64,000 nt of DNA from Thermodesulfobacteriota bacterium (lineage in GTDB: Bacteria; Desulfobacterota_D; UBA1144; Nemesobacterales; Nemesobacteraceae): NCBI GenBank assembly GCA_965202785.1, contig OZ241855.1, positions 1,216,001-1,280,000 on the forward strand, read 5' to 3'. A program made the translations under genes and the position numbers. The notes under the pieces were generated by a model. That model worked only from the letters and a program-made list of their open reading frames with translations, was not told the origin of the DNA and ran no database searches. The first letter of the stretch is position 1. Each line of letters opens with the position of its first letter. Shown here in pieces: positions 40,106 through 49,109 of the stretch.

Positions 40106-41778
40106 ATGGCGAGTCTTTTATCAAAAGAACGTATCGTTAGAGGTCCGGAATTCAACCGCTGGCTGGCTGTGCCTCCATCTATTGCGGTTCACCTGTGCAT
40201 TGGTTCCGTTTACGCCTGGAGCATATATAATCCCGCGTTAATTGAGGTGCTCGGGGTTGCCACTGGTGCGGCGGACGACTGGACTCTGCGTCAGGTAGTG
40301 TGGATATTCAGCGTCGCGATCGCGTTCACCGGGCTTACGGCGGCGTTTGCCGGCAAATGGGTTGAGGAGGTGGGACCACGCATGGTCTGTGTGATGGCAG
40401 CGTGTTTTTGGGGTGGCGGCTATATGCTCAGCAGTCTCGGTGTTACTTTGCATCAACTGTGGCTGATTTATCTGGGTTACGGCGTAATCGGCGGTATCGG
40501 TCTGGGTTTAGGTTATGTTTCTCCGGTCAGCAATCTAATTCGCTGGTTTCCGGACCGACGCGGCCTGGCTGCCGGAATGGCGATCATGGGCTTTGGTGGC
40601 GGAGCGATGGTTGCGGTGCCGCTTAAGGAATTCTTCCTCCAGTACTTTTACAAGGCGCCCCAATACCTGGGGACGGTCGACGCCGTCGATATGATCACCC
40701 GTTCGGGCCGACGCTTTGTTGAAATCGGCGGTCAGCTCAAGGAGGTTGTCGTCGCAGGGGCTGCCGAGGCGGCACATGTGCTGGCGCCTGGAACCGAAGC
40801 GGCCGGAGTGTATGTGGTTGGCACCGGTTCCGCGGGAGTCGCCCAGACCTTTCTTTTCTTCGGAGTGGTTTATTTCCTTGTGATAATGATATCGGCGTTT
40901 TTATATCGTGTCCCGGTTCCGGGGTATAAACCGCAGGGATGGGAGCCGCCGTCCGGCAAGGATTCCAGCGAGCGAATGATCAGTCAGAAAGATGTGCATA
41001 TGGATCAGGCGTTGTGTGGGTCGTACTGTGCCTTAACGTTACAGCCGGCATTGGGATTATCTCTGTCGCCAAGACAATGATGACCGAGATATTCAGTAAC
41101 GCGCTTCCGGATGTTGTTGATGTCACCTTTGCCGCCACTTACGTCTTGATGATCGGCATGTTCAACATGCTGGGGCGCGTTATGTGGGCGAGCGCCTCCG
41201 ACAAACTGGGGCGACGCAATACGTGTTCGATATTCTGCGCGGCCGGTTTTTTGTTGTATTTGTCCATTCCTGTGGCCGCCCATTACGTGAACCTTGATCC
41301 TTCGATTTTCTGGCTGTTAATGTTCTACGCGGCGACGATGATAATTTTTACTTTCTACGGGGGTGTTTTCGCTACCGTTCCGGCATATCTTGCAGACCTG
41401 TTCGGTACTCGCTACGTCGGTGGCATCTATGGACGTTTGCTGACCGCTTGGAGCGTTGCCGGAGTGCTCGGTCCCTTGGCGGTCACCTCGCTTAGAGACC
41501 GTTCGCTTATGGCCGAAATCAATCGCCTCGCCGAAAAGGTATCGCCACAGGAATTCACTAAGACTTTCGGAGCCGGAATTAACGACCTCGAGATACTCGT
41601 GCAGAATAAAACCGTAACGCTTGCGAAACTCATGGATATTGCGCCTGAGGGCACAGTAGACCCGACGGCTTCCTTGTACAACTCGACGATGTATGTGATG
41701 GCGGCGTTGTTAATAATCGCTTTGATAAGCAATCTCCTGATAAAACCGGTTCACGAAAAACATCACATAAAGGACTGA
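40106..41778 (+). pseudogene. OFA-family MFS transporter (oxalate/formate/lactate type), frameshifted
   Basis: N-terminal half (FNRW..HLCIGSVYAWS, WFPDRRG.A.G) and C-terminal half (WVVLCLNVTAGIG, PAYLADLFG, LTAWS) lie in different frames; break at about 41014-41016. Confidence 0.82.
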
Positions 41779-41909
41779 TGTGCGCTAGAGCGGAATAACA
41801 GGAGTTAAGCAAAATCATTGCAAGACCAAATAATAAGATTTCTTGCTTTTTGTCAGCCTTTTTTTTACAATTCCCCTAAGTTGAAAATAACTTTAAGGGA
41901 GGTATAAGC

Positions 41910-42935
41910 ATGAAATTCGGCATTGGTTATTACAGTCTTCAATCACCCTCTCACCATCCAAGACCACATAGTGAACTGTACAGCGAAATGCTGGCTGAAG
42001 TGGAGATGGCGGATCAGATGGGGTTTGACTCCGTATGGCTGACGGAGCATCACTTCCTGGACGATGGTTACTGTCCCTCAATGCTTATAGCCGCTTCGGC
42101 AATCGCCGCCAGGACTAAAAATATCCGTATAGGTACAGGTGTGTTGCTGATACCCCTTCATGACCCGATCCGAATAGCGGAAGATGCTTCCGTTGTTGAT
42201 CTCATTTCCGGCGGAAGATTTATACTGGGACTGGGACTGGGTTACAGAAAAGAAGAGTTTGATGGATTCGGCAGGCAGTTAAAGCAGCGCAGGGGCAGGA
42301 TTGAAGAAAGCCTTGAGATACTGAACAAGAGCTGGAGTGATGATCCGTTCAGTTTTGATGGAAAATATTACCAGGTAGAGAATTTGAATGTAACTCCCAA
42401 ACCCGTTCAACAGCCAATACCCATATGGATCGGTGCTTTCACAGAACCCGCCATAAGGAGAGCAGCTCGGATTGGTGCTCCACTTTACGTTCCGGCAATC
42501 GGCGTAATACCGATTATCAAATACCTTTTTGATATGCATTCATCTTTCTTGAAGGAATATGGCAAAGACCCCGACGAAGTTGAAAAGCCAGTTGTCAGAG
42601 AAATTTATATTTCCGACAAAAAAGCCGATGATGCTTGGGAGGATATAAAGGAGCACGTTACTTATACGGCCAAGGGATATGCTTCATGGGGTTCAATGGT
42701 GGATACTGAGGGCAACTTGCTGAGTGATCCGTCAGATCCGATCTTGTATGACCTTGCAAGGCAGCAGTCAATTATAGGAACCCCCGAAGAATGTGTTGAG
42801 ACTATCATGAATTACCGGGAAAGCTTACCTATAGACAACCTGATATGTAGATTTAAATTCCCGGGTATTTCGCATGAAGAAGCAGTAAGGTCAATGAAGT
42901 TGTTTGTGGACAAGGTGCTGCCTGAAGTAGGATAG
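41910..42935 (+). CDS. LLM-class (luciferase-like) flavin-dependent oxidoreductase
   Basis: GFDSVWLTEHH, AARTKNIRIGT, P.RIAED...D.ISGGR..LG.G.GY, PKPVQQP.PIWIG. Confidence 0.92.
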   Translation: MKFGIGYYSLQSPSHHPRPHSELYSEMLAEVEMADQMGFDSVWLTEHHFLDDGYCPSMLIAASAIAARTKNIRIGTGVLLIPLHDPIRIAEDASVVDLISGGRFILGLGLGYRKEEFDGFGRQLKQRRGRIEESLEILNKSWSDDPFSFDGKYYQVENLNVTPKPVQQPIPIWIGAFTEPAIRRAARIGAPLYVPAIGVIPIIKYLFDMHSSFLKEYGKDPDEVEKPVVREIYISDKKADDAWEDIKEHVTYTAKGYASWGSMVDTEGNLLSDPSDPILYDLARQQSIIGTPEECVETIMNYRESLPIDNLICRFKFPGISHEEAVRSMKLFVDKVLPEVG

Positions 42936-43092
42936 CTCGGCTGTTTCTCAAGCTATATTTTTATGTTTTCCATCTCAGCAAGTGTCAGGCTGAGCTATGT
43001 CAAAACCTTGGATCTGCCCAAGAGTGATTGGGTTATTGTTTTCGGTTTCGGTATCTATACGACCGCGCTGGAAACAAAGGTAGCGTGCGGCG

Positions 43093-44340
43093 TCAGCGGA
43101 AGACTTTTGAGAAGTACTCCCTGAATTCGCCGTTGCTAAGGCTGGTCTGTCCAGAGAGTTCTTTAAGGATCGCGGGCGTTTCGATATCCTCGCGTCTTAA
43201 CTTGATCATGTATTTCTGCGAAACCTCGTAGGCTTCGGTGTTCCTGTCCATATATCTCACTTTAATGCTGTTTGTCTTTTTATCTATTAGTTCCTGAAAC
43301 GGGATCGCCTGTATTTTCCCCGTTCTTACGTATACAAGAGCTCCGCCTCCCTCTCCGCCGAGCAGGTACTTTACGGCACAGTAGCCGAGCTTTCGTGTAT
43401 AATCGACGTCAAATGGAATCGGATTGGCCGAGCGCATTTCATAGCCAAGCCTCTTGTGCACCAGTTCCGCTTCGACTCCTTTTTCGGACAGTTTTTCGCC
43501 AAGAGCTTTTTTCAGAAGCTGACCGAAATTAACGTCAACGTATCTTATTCTTCCCATGCCGTCCTTGTCCATGAGTCCCAGGTCAACGGGATCTATCTTG
43601 TCAAGCATCCCTTCGGCGAGTATGGCTACTCCGTACTCCCTCCCCATGCTCATTCTTTTTATTATGGAACCCTCGAGAATGGCTACGACCTTCTCAAGCG
43701 GCACTTTTTCCTCTTCGAAATCCTCGGGGATTATCGTTATTGTGGCCCCTGAAGACTGCCCGATTCCAAGAGCCAGGTGACCCGTTCTCCTGCCCATGGT
43801 TATAACCAGAAACCATCTGCCCGTAGTTCTCGCCTCTTCCATTATGTTATTCATTATCTTCGCCCCGACGTCCCTTGCGGTTTCGAATCCGAAGGTTGAT
43901 ATATAGTCGGGAAGGGCGATATTGTTGTCTATTGTTTTGGGCAGGTGCGCTATTTTTAACCTTCCCCCGAAGTGTTCGTAAAGCGTTTTTGCGAGAAACA
44001 TTGTTCCGTCGCCGCCTATGGTTATCAGACTGCCTATGCCGAGTTTTTCAATCGAGGAAACCGTGTTTTTAAAGGTCTGCTCAGTTGCGAGGGGGTTTTG
44101 TCTTGATATTCCGATAATAGAACCGCCGGTTGTATGAATCCTTGAAGTGTTCTGGATATCAAGATTCAGGACTTTCGAGGTGTCTCCCATGGAGATCCAC
44201 TTAAACCCGTCGAGAATTCCAATTATCTTCTTCCCCCTGTTTTTGGCCTCGATAGTGGCCGAGCTTATCACGCCGTTTATCCCGGGGGCGGGTCCTCCGG
44301 CCGCTATTATTCCCAGATTATCCATTTTCCTGCTAGTCAT
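43093..44340 (-). CDS. pfkA: 6-phosphofructokinase, PPi-PFK 'short'-clade-like but with GGDG
   Basis: GGPAPGIN, IGGDGT, PKTIDNN, TFGFETA, MGR..GHLAL, GYEMRSA. Confidence 0.88.
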   Translation of the reverse strand: MTSRKMDNLGIIAAGGPAPGINGVISSATIEAKNRGKKIIGILDGFKWISMGDTSKVLNLDIQNTSRIHTTGGSIIGISRQNPLATEQTFKNTVSSIEKLGIGSLITIGGDGTMFLAKTLYEHFGGRLKIAHLPKTIDNNIALPDYISTFGFETARDVGAKIMNNIMEEARTTGRWFLVITMGRRTGHLALGIGQSSGATITIIPEDFEEEKVPLEKVVAILEGSIIKRMSMGREYGVAILAEGMLDKIDPVDLGLMDKDGMGRIRYVDVNFGQLLKKALGEKLSEKGVEAELVHKRLGYEMRSANPIPFDVDYTRKLGYCAVKYLLGGEGGGALVYVRTGKIQAIPFQELIDKKTNSIKVRYMDRNTEAYEVSQKYMIKLRREDIETPAILKELSGQTSLSNGEFREYFSKVFR

Positions 44341-45049
44341 TTTCTCCGTACCACCCCGTTCCGTAACCGGCTTTGTATTTCTTACTTCGGTATCCCCGCG
44401 TGTAAAGAAAACTCCCTCCGGTTATGGCTCCGCAGGCAAATCCCGACATGTGCGCCCACAGACCCTCGGTTCCTGCGTCACCAATATAGCCGATTCCGGT
44501 CAGAAACTGAACGGCAAACCAGAAAATTATGAAAAGATAAGCCCTTATGCGCACGAAGTAGACAAACACCAGGACTATGAAAAGCGTAAGAATCCTTGAT
44601 CTTGGGAAAAAGAGCATGTATGCGCCCAAGACTCCGGAAATCGCCCCGCTTGCTCCTATTACCGGAATTGCTGAGTGGGAGTTTAAAGCCACCTGGATGA
44701 ATACGGCTATCAGTCCGCACACGAGATAGAAAAGCAGGTATCTGGCGTGCCCTAGCAGGTCCTCGATCGCGTTTCCGAATATGTAGAGAAAAACCAGGTT
44801 CCCGGCCAAGTGAAGCCAGTTTTCATGGATGAACATGGAACTGAAATATTTTGCCGTCCTGCCAAGAAATCCGTAGGCTTCAAGAGCGGTTATCTTGCTG
44901 GGCAAAATACCGTGCGTCTGGTAGAACATCTCAAGCGCCTCCCCTGTCAGAGAAAGGGTATACGCGAAAACCAACGCGTTTGCGGCGAGAAGCGCGTAAT
45001 TCACATAGGGGACGATTTCGGTTTTTATTGTGCTTCTAATCGGTATCAT
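44333..45049 (-). CDS. Rhomboid intramembrane serine protease
   Basis: SMFIH..W.HL.GN, GASGAISG, WAHMSGF. Confidence 0.92.
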   Translation of the reverse strand: MIPIRSTIKTEIVPYVNYALLAANALVFAYTLSLTGEALEMFYQTHGILPSKITALEAYGFLGRTAKYFSSMFIHENWLHLAGNLVFLYIFGNAIEDLLGHARYLLFYLVCGLIAVFIQVALNSHSAIPVIGASGAISGVLGAYMLFFPRSRILTLFIVLVFVYFVRIRAYLFIIFWFAVQFLTGIGYIGDAGTEGLWAHMSGFACGAITGGSFLYTRGYRSKKYKAGYGTGWYGEND

Positions 45050-45136
45050 TATGACAATTATACTTAAGGCAGTTCCGGGAGTTAGGGTAAATTGCGAAAA
45101 CGCCGCACGGATGTTCTGACAAGGATAAGAACGGAC

Positions 45137-45595
45137 ATGGAAAAGATGTTCCGCGAGGCCACTTGCCTCTTGGTAAACGTCAGGGTATTTGACTCCGCCT
45201 CGAGCGGCGACCTCGGGATTCCCGAGAACTTGTCTCCGCCCGAGCTTCTTCGGGAATTTCGTTCGCTTGGAGCGGAGATCGTCTTTTACGGTTCCGGTGG
45301 CGGAGACTTTCCCTCAACAAGCGGGTTCGGGGACCTGATCGAAGAAAACGGTCACCGCATAACCGATGATCGCGCTTACCTTCTCGACAGGGCGGGGGAA
45401 AAGGACTGCGTGCTGCTGGGTTCTGAGCTCTCCGACATTGATTTTTTTCTCCCCGGGGTTTTTTCCGTAGTGCCAAGTTCCGCTCCGCTTGACCTCAAGA
45501 CGGTTTCGAGCTACGTATCGAACTTCGATGGAGAAACGGTTTTTACGGAGCTTGGGAACCTGATCGTTAACTCAAAAAGGGGAGACCGGGGGTAG
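45137..45595 (+). CDS. Degenerate KdsC-like HAD-fold protein
   Basis: C-terminal half aligns by eye with KdsC (VLLGSELSD..F..VFSVVPSSAP..K..SSYVS..G..VF.ELGNLI); catalytic Asp motifs are absent. Confidence 0.55.
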   Translation: MEKMFREATCLLVNVRVFDSASSGDLGIPENLSPPELLREFRSLGAEIVFYGSGGGDFPSTSGFGDLIEENGHRITDDRAYLLDRAGEKDCVLLGSELSDIDFFLPGVFSVVPSSAPLDLKTVSSYVSNFDGETVFTELGNLIVNSKRGDRG

Positions 45596-45601
45596 GTTTT
45601 T

Positions 45602-46732
45602 ATGAAAGAGACTACGCGGCTCTCGATGCTTATAAAGAACCGTGCGCTTGCCCTGGGCTTTGACCTTGTGGGAATAAGCCCGGCCGAGAGTCATTACGCG
45701 GAAGCGGATTTTTTTGAGCGCTGGCTCGGGCAGGGTTACGCGGGGGAGATGAACTATCTTGAGAGAGGGCTTCTTAAGAGAAAGGAAGTTGAGAGGGTTC
45801 TCCCCGGCGCCAAGTCGGTCGTCTCCTGCGCCGTTAACTACAATACGGAGAATCCACTCTCGACGGAAGCTTCGGGTGGCGGATGGATATCGAGGTACGC
45901 CTGGGGAGACGATTACCACGACGTAATGGGAGAAATGCTCGGCGGGCTTGCGGACTACATAACGGGTCTTTTTCCCGAGGAAGCCGGCATCAGGGCTTAC
46001 GTGGATACGGGGCCGGTTCTTGAGAAAGTGCATGCGAGCCGCTCGGGAATAGGGTGGGTGGGTAAAAACACCTGTCTTATAAACCAGAGGGTCGGTTCTT
46101 GGCTTTTTCTTGGAGAGGTGATAACCGATATCGAGCTTGACTACGACTCGGCGGCTGAGGACCGCTGCGGCACCTGCACCAGGTGCATAGACGCCTGTCC
46201 AACCGATGCCATAGTGGAACCTTACGTGCTTGACGCCAGGAAATGCATCTCCTATCTCACGATAGAGCTTAAGGGGAAAATGCCGCTTGAACTGAGGGAA
46301 GGAGTGGAAAACAATGTTTTCGGATGCGATGTGTGTCAGGACGTGTGTCCGTGGAACCGCGACGCTCTTTTTACTCTCAAAGAAAGCTTCAGGCCACGTG
46401 AAAAACTGCTCAGTCCCGATTTCAAATGGCTTCTCGAGCTTGACGGGGACGGTTTCCGGGAGGTCTTCAGAAAGAGTCCGGTCAAGAGGGCCAAGCGCAG
46501 GGGTTTCATGAGAAATGTGCTCGTGGCTGTTGGAAATTCGGGAAATAAGGAGTATATAAAATACGCAAGGAGCCTTCTCGGAGATGATGAACCGATCGTA
46601 AGGGCTCACGCGGTCTGGGCGCTCTGGAGGCTTGGCGGAGAGGATTGCCGGGGGGAGCTTGAGTACCTGCTTGAGACCGAAACCGCCGGGGAAGTGCTGG
46701 AAGAAATTCACCATGCTGTTGGTTCCCCGTGA
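45602..46732 (+). CDS. queG: Epoxyqueuosine reductase
   Basis: ISRYAWG.DYH, VDTGPVLEK, GW.GKN, CGTCTRCIDACPT, CISYLTIE, GCDVCQDVCPWN, HEAT-like tail. Confidence 0.95.
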   Translation: MKETTRLSMLIKNRALALGFDLVGISPAESHYAEADFFERWLGQGYAGEMNYLERGLLKRKEVERVLPGAKSVVSCAVNYNTENPLSTEASGGGWISRYAWGDDYHDVMGEMLGGLADYITGLFPEEAGIRAYVDTGPVLEKVHASRSGIGWVGKNTCLINQRVGSWLFLGEVITDIELDYDSAAEDRCGTCTRCIDACPTDAIVEPYVLDARKCISYLTIELKGKMPLELREGVENNVFGCDVCQDVCPWNRDALFTLKESFRPREKLLSPDFKWLLELDGDGFREVFRKSPVKRAKRRGFMRNVLVAVGNSGNKEYIKYARSLLGDDEPIVRAHAVWALWRLGGEDCRGELEYLLETETAGEVLEEIHHAVGSP

Positions 46733-46750
46733 AACTGAGGTTTGTTTCTC

Positions 46751-47173
46751 ATGAGTTACGAAAAAGACGAAATAATAAAGGCGAACAGAAAATTCTACGA
46801 CGCTCGTAATCGCTACGATGTCGAGCTCATAGAGCAGGTCTGGCTTACTGATGGCAGAGCCAAATGCGTTCACGCGGGCTGGCCGATAATTCTCGGATGG
46901 GAAGCGATAAGGGAGAGCTGGAAGACCATTTTCGAGACGGGTGGATTTGACCGCGTTGATGTTTCGAATTTCTTTGTTGATGTGAAGGGAAATTCTGCCT
47001 GGCTTAACTGCGTTGAGAGAGCGACTTACTCAATAGACGATCGCAGGGTTGTGGTGCTGGCCCAGGCGACCAACATATTCGAGCTTGCCGAAGGAGAGTG
47101 GAAAATGGCGCTTCACCACGCCTCCCTGATGCCTATTCCTCGCAAGGAGATTGATTACGAGAATCTTCAGTAA
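46751..47173 (+). CDS. NTF2/SnoaL-like (DUF4440-type) protein
   Basis: AN..FY.A, W....A.CVH.GW..I.GW..I..SW..IF, ATNIF....G.WK...HHAS. Confidence 0.85.
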   Translation: MSYEKDEIIKANRKFYDARNRYDVELIEQVWLTDGRAKCVHAGWPIILGWEAIRESWKTIFETGGFDRVDVSNFFVDVKGNSAWLNCVERATYSIDDRRVVVLAQATNIFELAEGEWKMALHHASLMPIPRKEIDYENLQ

Positions 47174-48170
47174 GGAGACTGAGTCTCTCCCCGATTAAGT
47201 AGACCAGCTGCTGGCAACCTTCTCCCGTGACCGCGGATATGCTGAAGGTTTCGATATCCCTTTCTTTAAACTGCCTTGTTGTCTCTGCGCCTCTGTCCCT
47301 GGCTTCGACGATGTCGATTTTGTTGAGAACGACCAGTTGAGGCTTTTCGGCAAGCTTCGCCGAGTACTCACTTAGCTCCGAGTTGATCTTGTCAAAATCT
47401 TCTACGGGATCCCTCCCCGAAATCGGGTCAAGATCAAGCATGTGAACCAGAAGGCGGGTTCTCTCCACGTGTTTTAGAAACTGACTGCCAAGCCCAAGTC
47501 CCTTGTGGGCTCCCTCGATGATCCCGGGGATGTCTGCGATCACGAAAGACTGGTGGTCTCCGTAGCTTACTACCCCGAGATTGGGAACGAGGGTGGTGAA
47601 AGGATAGCCGGAGATTTTGGGTCTCGCGGCCGAGATCTTCGATATGAGGGTTGATTTTCCAGCGTTTGGAAACCCGAGGATGCCGACGTCGGCAAGCACC
47701 TTGAGTTCAAGTTTTACTTCCCTTCGCACTCCGGGGCGCCCGCTCTCTACTTGTCTCGGCGCCCGGTTAGTCGCCGATACGAACCTTGAGTTTCCCCTGC
47801 CCCCGCCTCCTCCCTTGGCTACGGTAAAGCGCTCACCATTCTTGGTCAGGTCCGCAAGCGTCTCCCCGTCTTCAAAGGAAGTTATCACGGTTCCCGCAGG
47901 AACGGGGATGATTAGATCGGAACCCGATTTTCCATGCTGGTCCTTGCCCCTTCCGGGCTGGCCGTTTTGGGCTTTGTATTCTTTTTTGTACCTGTAGTCA
48001 AGAAGCGAGGACATATTTGCGTCCGCGACTACCACCACGTCTCCCCCCTTGCCGCCGTCGCCGCCGTTGGGACCTCCCTTGGGAACAAACTTCTCCCTTC
48101 TGAAACTGAGGCATCCGTCGCCGCCGTTACCTGATATAACGGTTATTTTCGCCTCGTCTATGAATTGCAT
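47133..48170 (-). CDS. obgE: GTPase Obg/CgtA
   Basis: FIDEAKI...GNGG.G..SFRREKFVP.GGP, GFPNAGKST, YPFTT, DIPG, NKID. 3' end overlaps the NTF2 gene by 41 nt. Confidence 0.97.
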   Translation of the reverse strand: MQFIDEAKITVISGNGGDGCLSFRREKFVPKGGPNGGDGGKGGDVVVVADANMSSLLDYRYKKEYKAQNGQPGRGKDQHGKSGSDLIIPVPAGTVITSFEDGETLADLTKNGERFTVAKGGGGGRGNSRFVSATNRAPRQVESGRPGVRREVKLELKVLADVGILGFPNAGKSTLISKISAARPKISGYPFTTLVPNLGVVSYGDHQSFVIADIPGIIEGAHKGLGLGSQFLKHVERTRLLVHMLDLDPISGRDPVEDFDKINSELSEYSAKLAEKPQLVVLNKIDIVEARDRGAETTRQFKERDIETFSISAVTGEGCQQLVYLIGERLSLLTEDSRNQSPCEE

Positions 48171-48262
48171 TTTGGTTTGGGCGGGTGAGAATCATCTTGC
48201 TGTGGCTTCGGTCTTGCGGATGGTCTGGATGTTTTTCGGACGACCCCCTCCGGGGCGAAGCC

Positions 48263-48685
48263 CTAAAGCTGTTTTTGATGCTCCGCTATGTCCTTTTTTA
48301 CGTTTCCCGTTATACCTTCCCAGTATCTCCACCAGTAGGAATCCGGTTCGTGGTTTGCCTTCTGCTGTTCGGCCCAGATGAGAACCTGCATGTGGTCTCC
48401 GTGATATAGCACCAGCTTCTTCGCGGCGTCGGCAACTTCTTCATCGTTTATCGGAAGCTTGTTGAGCTCCCCGTCAAAAACGGCCTTTATCTCTTTTATA
48501 TAGGGCGCGGCGGCACTTGAAATCTCCTTGATTTTCTCAGCCGGGGTTGCAACATCTCCCGGAAAAGATTCCTTTATGTTTTTCATGAGATCTACGAAGT
48601 CAAGAAGATTATCAAGAGAGTCCTGCGCCTTCTTCACTTCCTTAAGACATTGCGTTAGTTCCTTTACGTTTGTGTTTAAAGACAT
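48263..48685 (-). CDS. Hypothetical helical protein (140 aa)
   Basis: AGGAGG RBS before ATG, host-like codon usage, no competing gene; no recognisable motif. Confidence 0.7.
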   Translation of the reverse strand: MSLNTNVKELTQCLKEVKKAQDSLDNLLDFVDLMKNIKESFPGDVATPAEKIKEISSAAAPYIKEIKAVFDGELNKLPINDEEVADAAKKLVLYHGDHMQVLIWAEQQKANHEPDSYWWRYWEGITGNVKKDIAEHQKQL

Positions 48686-48697
48686 TAACCCGCCTCC

Positions 48698-48711
48698 TTG
48701 ATTGCAATCAT
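48698..48711. promoter_or_regulatory. Palindromic operator, FNR/CRP-box-like
   Basis: Perfect 12-bp palindrome TGATTGCAATCA (48699-48710); TTGAT-N4-ATCAT matches the FNR consensus at 9/10; abuts the RBS of the 140-aa gene. Confidence 0.4.
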
Positions 48712-49109
48712 GCCCCGCCCGGGGACAGTTCTGATTCTACCACTAGATAACGCAAAAACCCAGAATATTTTCACAGTCTGCTTCTTGGTTATCGATGAAA
48801 GAGCCGCGTAATGCTTCTCACACAGCAAGGAGCCATAAAACATATGGCTAGATGCACCCTTATCCTCCGCTCCGTCCAGTGGAAAACCAGCCTTAGCTTC
48901 AAATCATGCCTAGTTATCCGGAAACTCTCTTCCACCTCTCACAAACCCCGGTAATGAGATATAAGCTCCCCCGCCCCTCTCTCCCAATCGTTTCCCGGAT
49001 GTTCACCTTGGTGGAAGCCTGCGAGCTGACCCCGCCTAGGCGCAACCCGCGCATCGTAACGCTGCTACAGGACGCGTAGTGCAGGGAAAGGGCAGATACG
49101 TTGTACGGG

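Noticed and set aside
45572-46873. 433-aa minus-strand ORF
   Set aside because: Antisense shadow of queG with no recognisable motifs.
47133-47173. 41-nt convergent overlap between obgE and the NTF2 gene
   Set aside because: Short tail-to-tail overlaps are ordinary in compact genomes.
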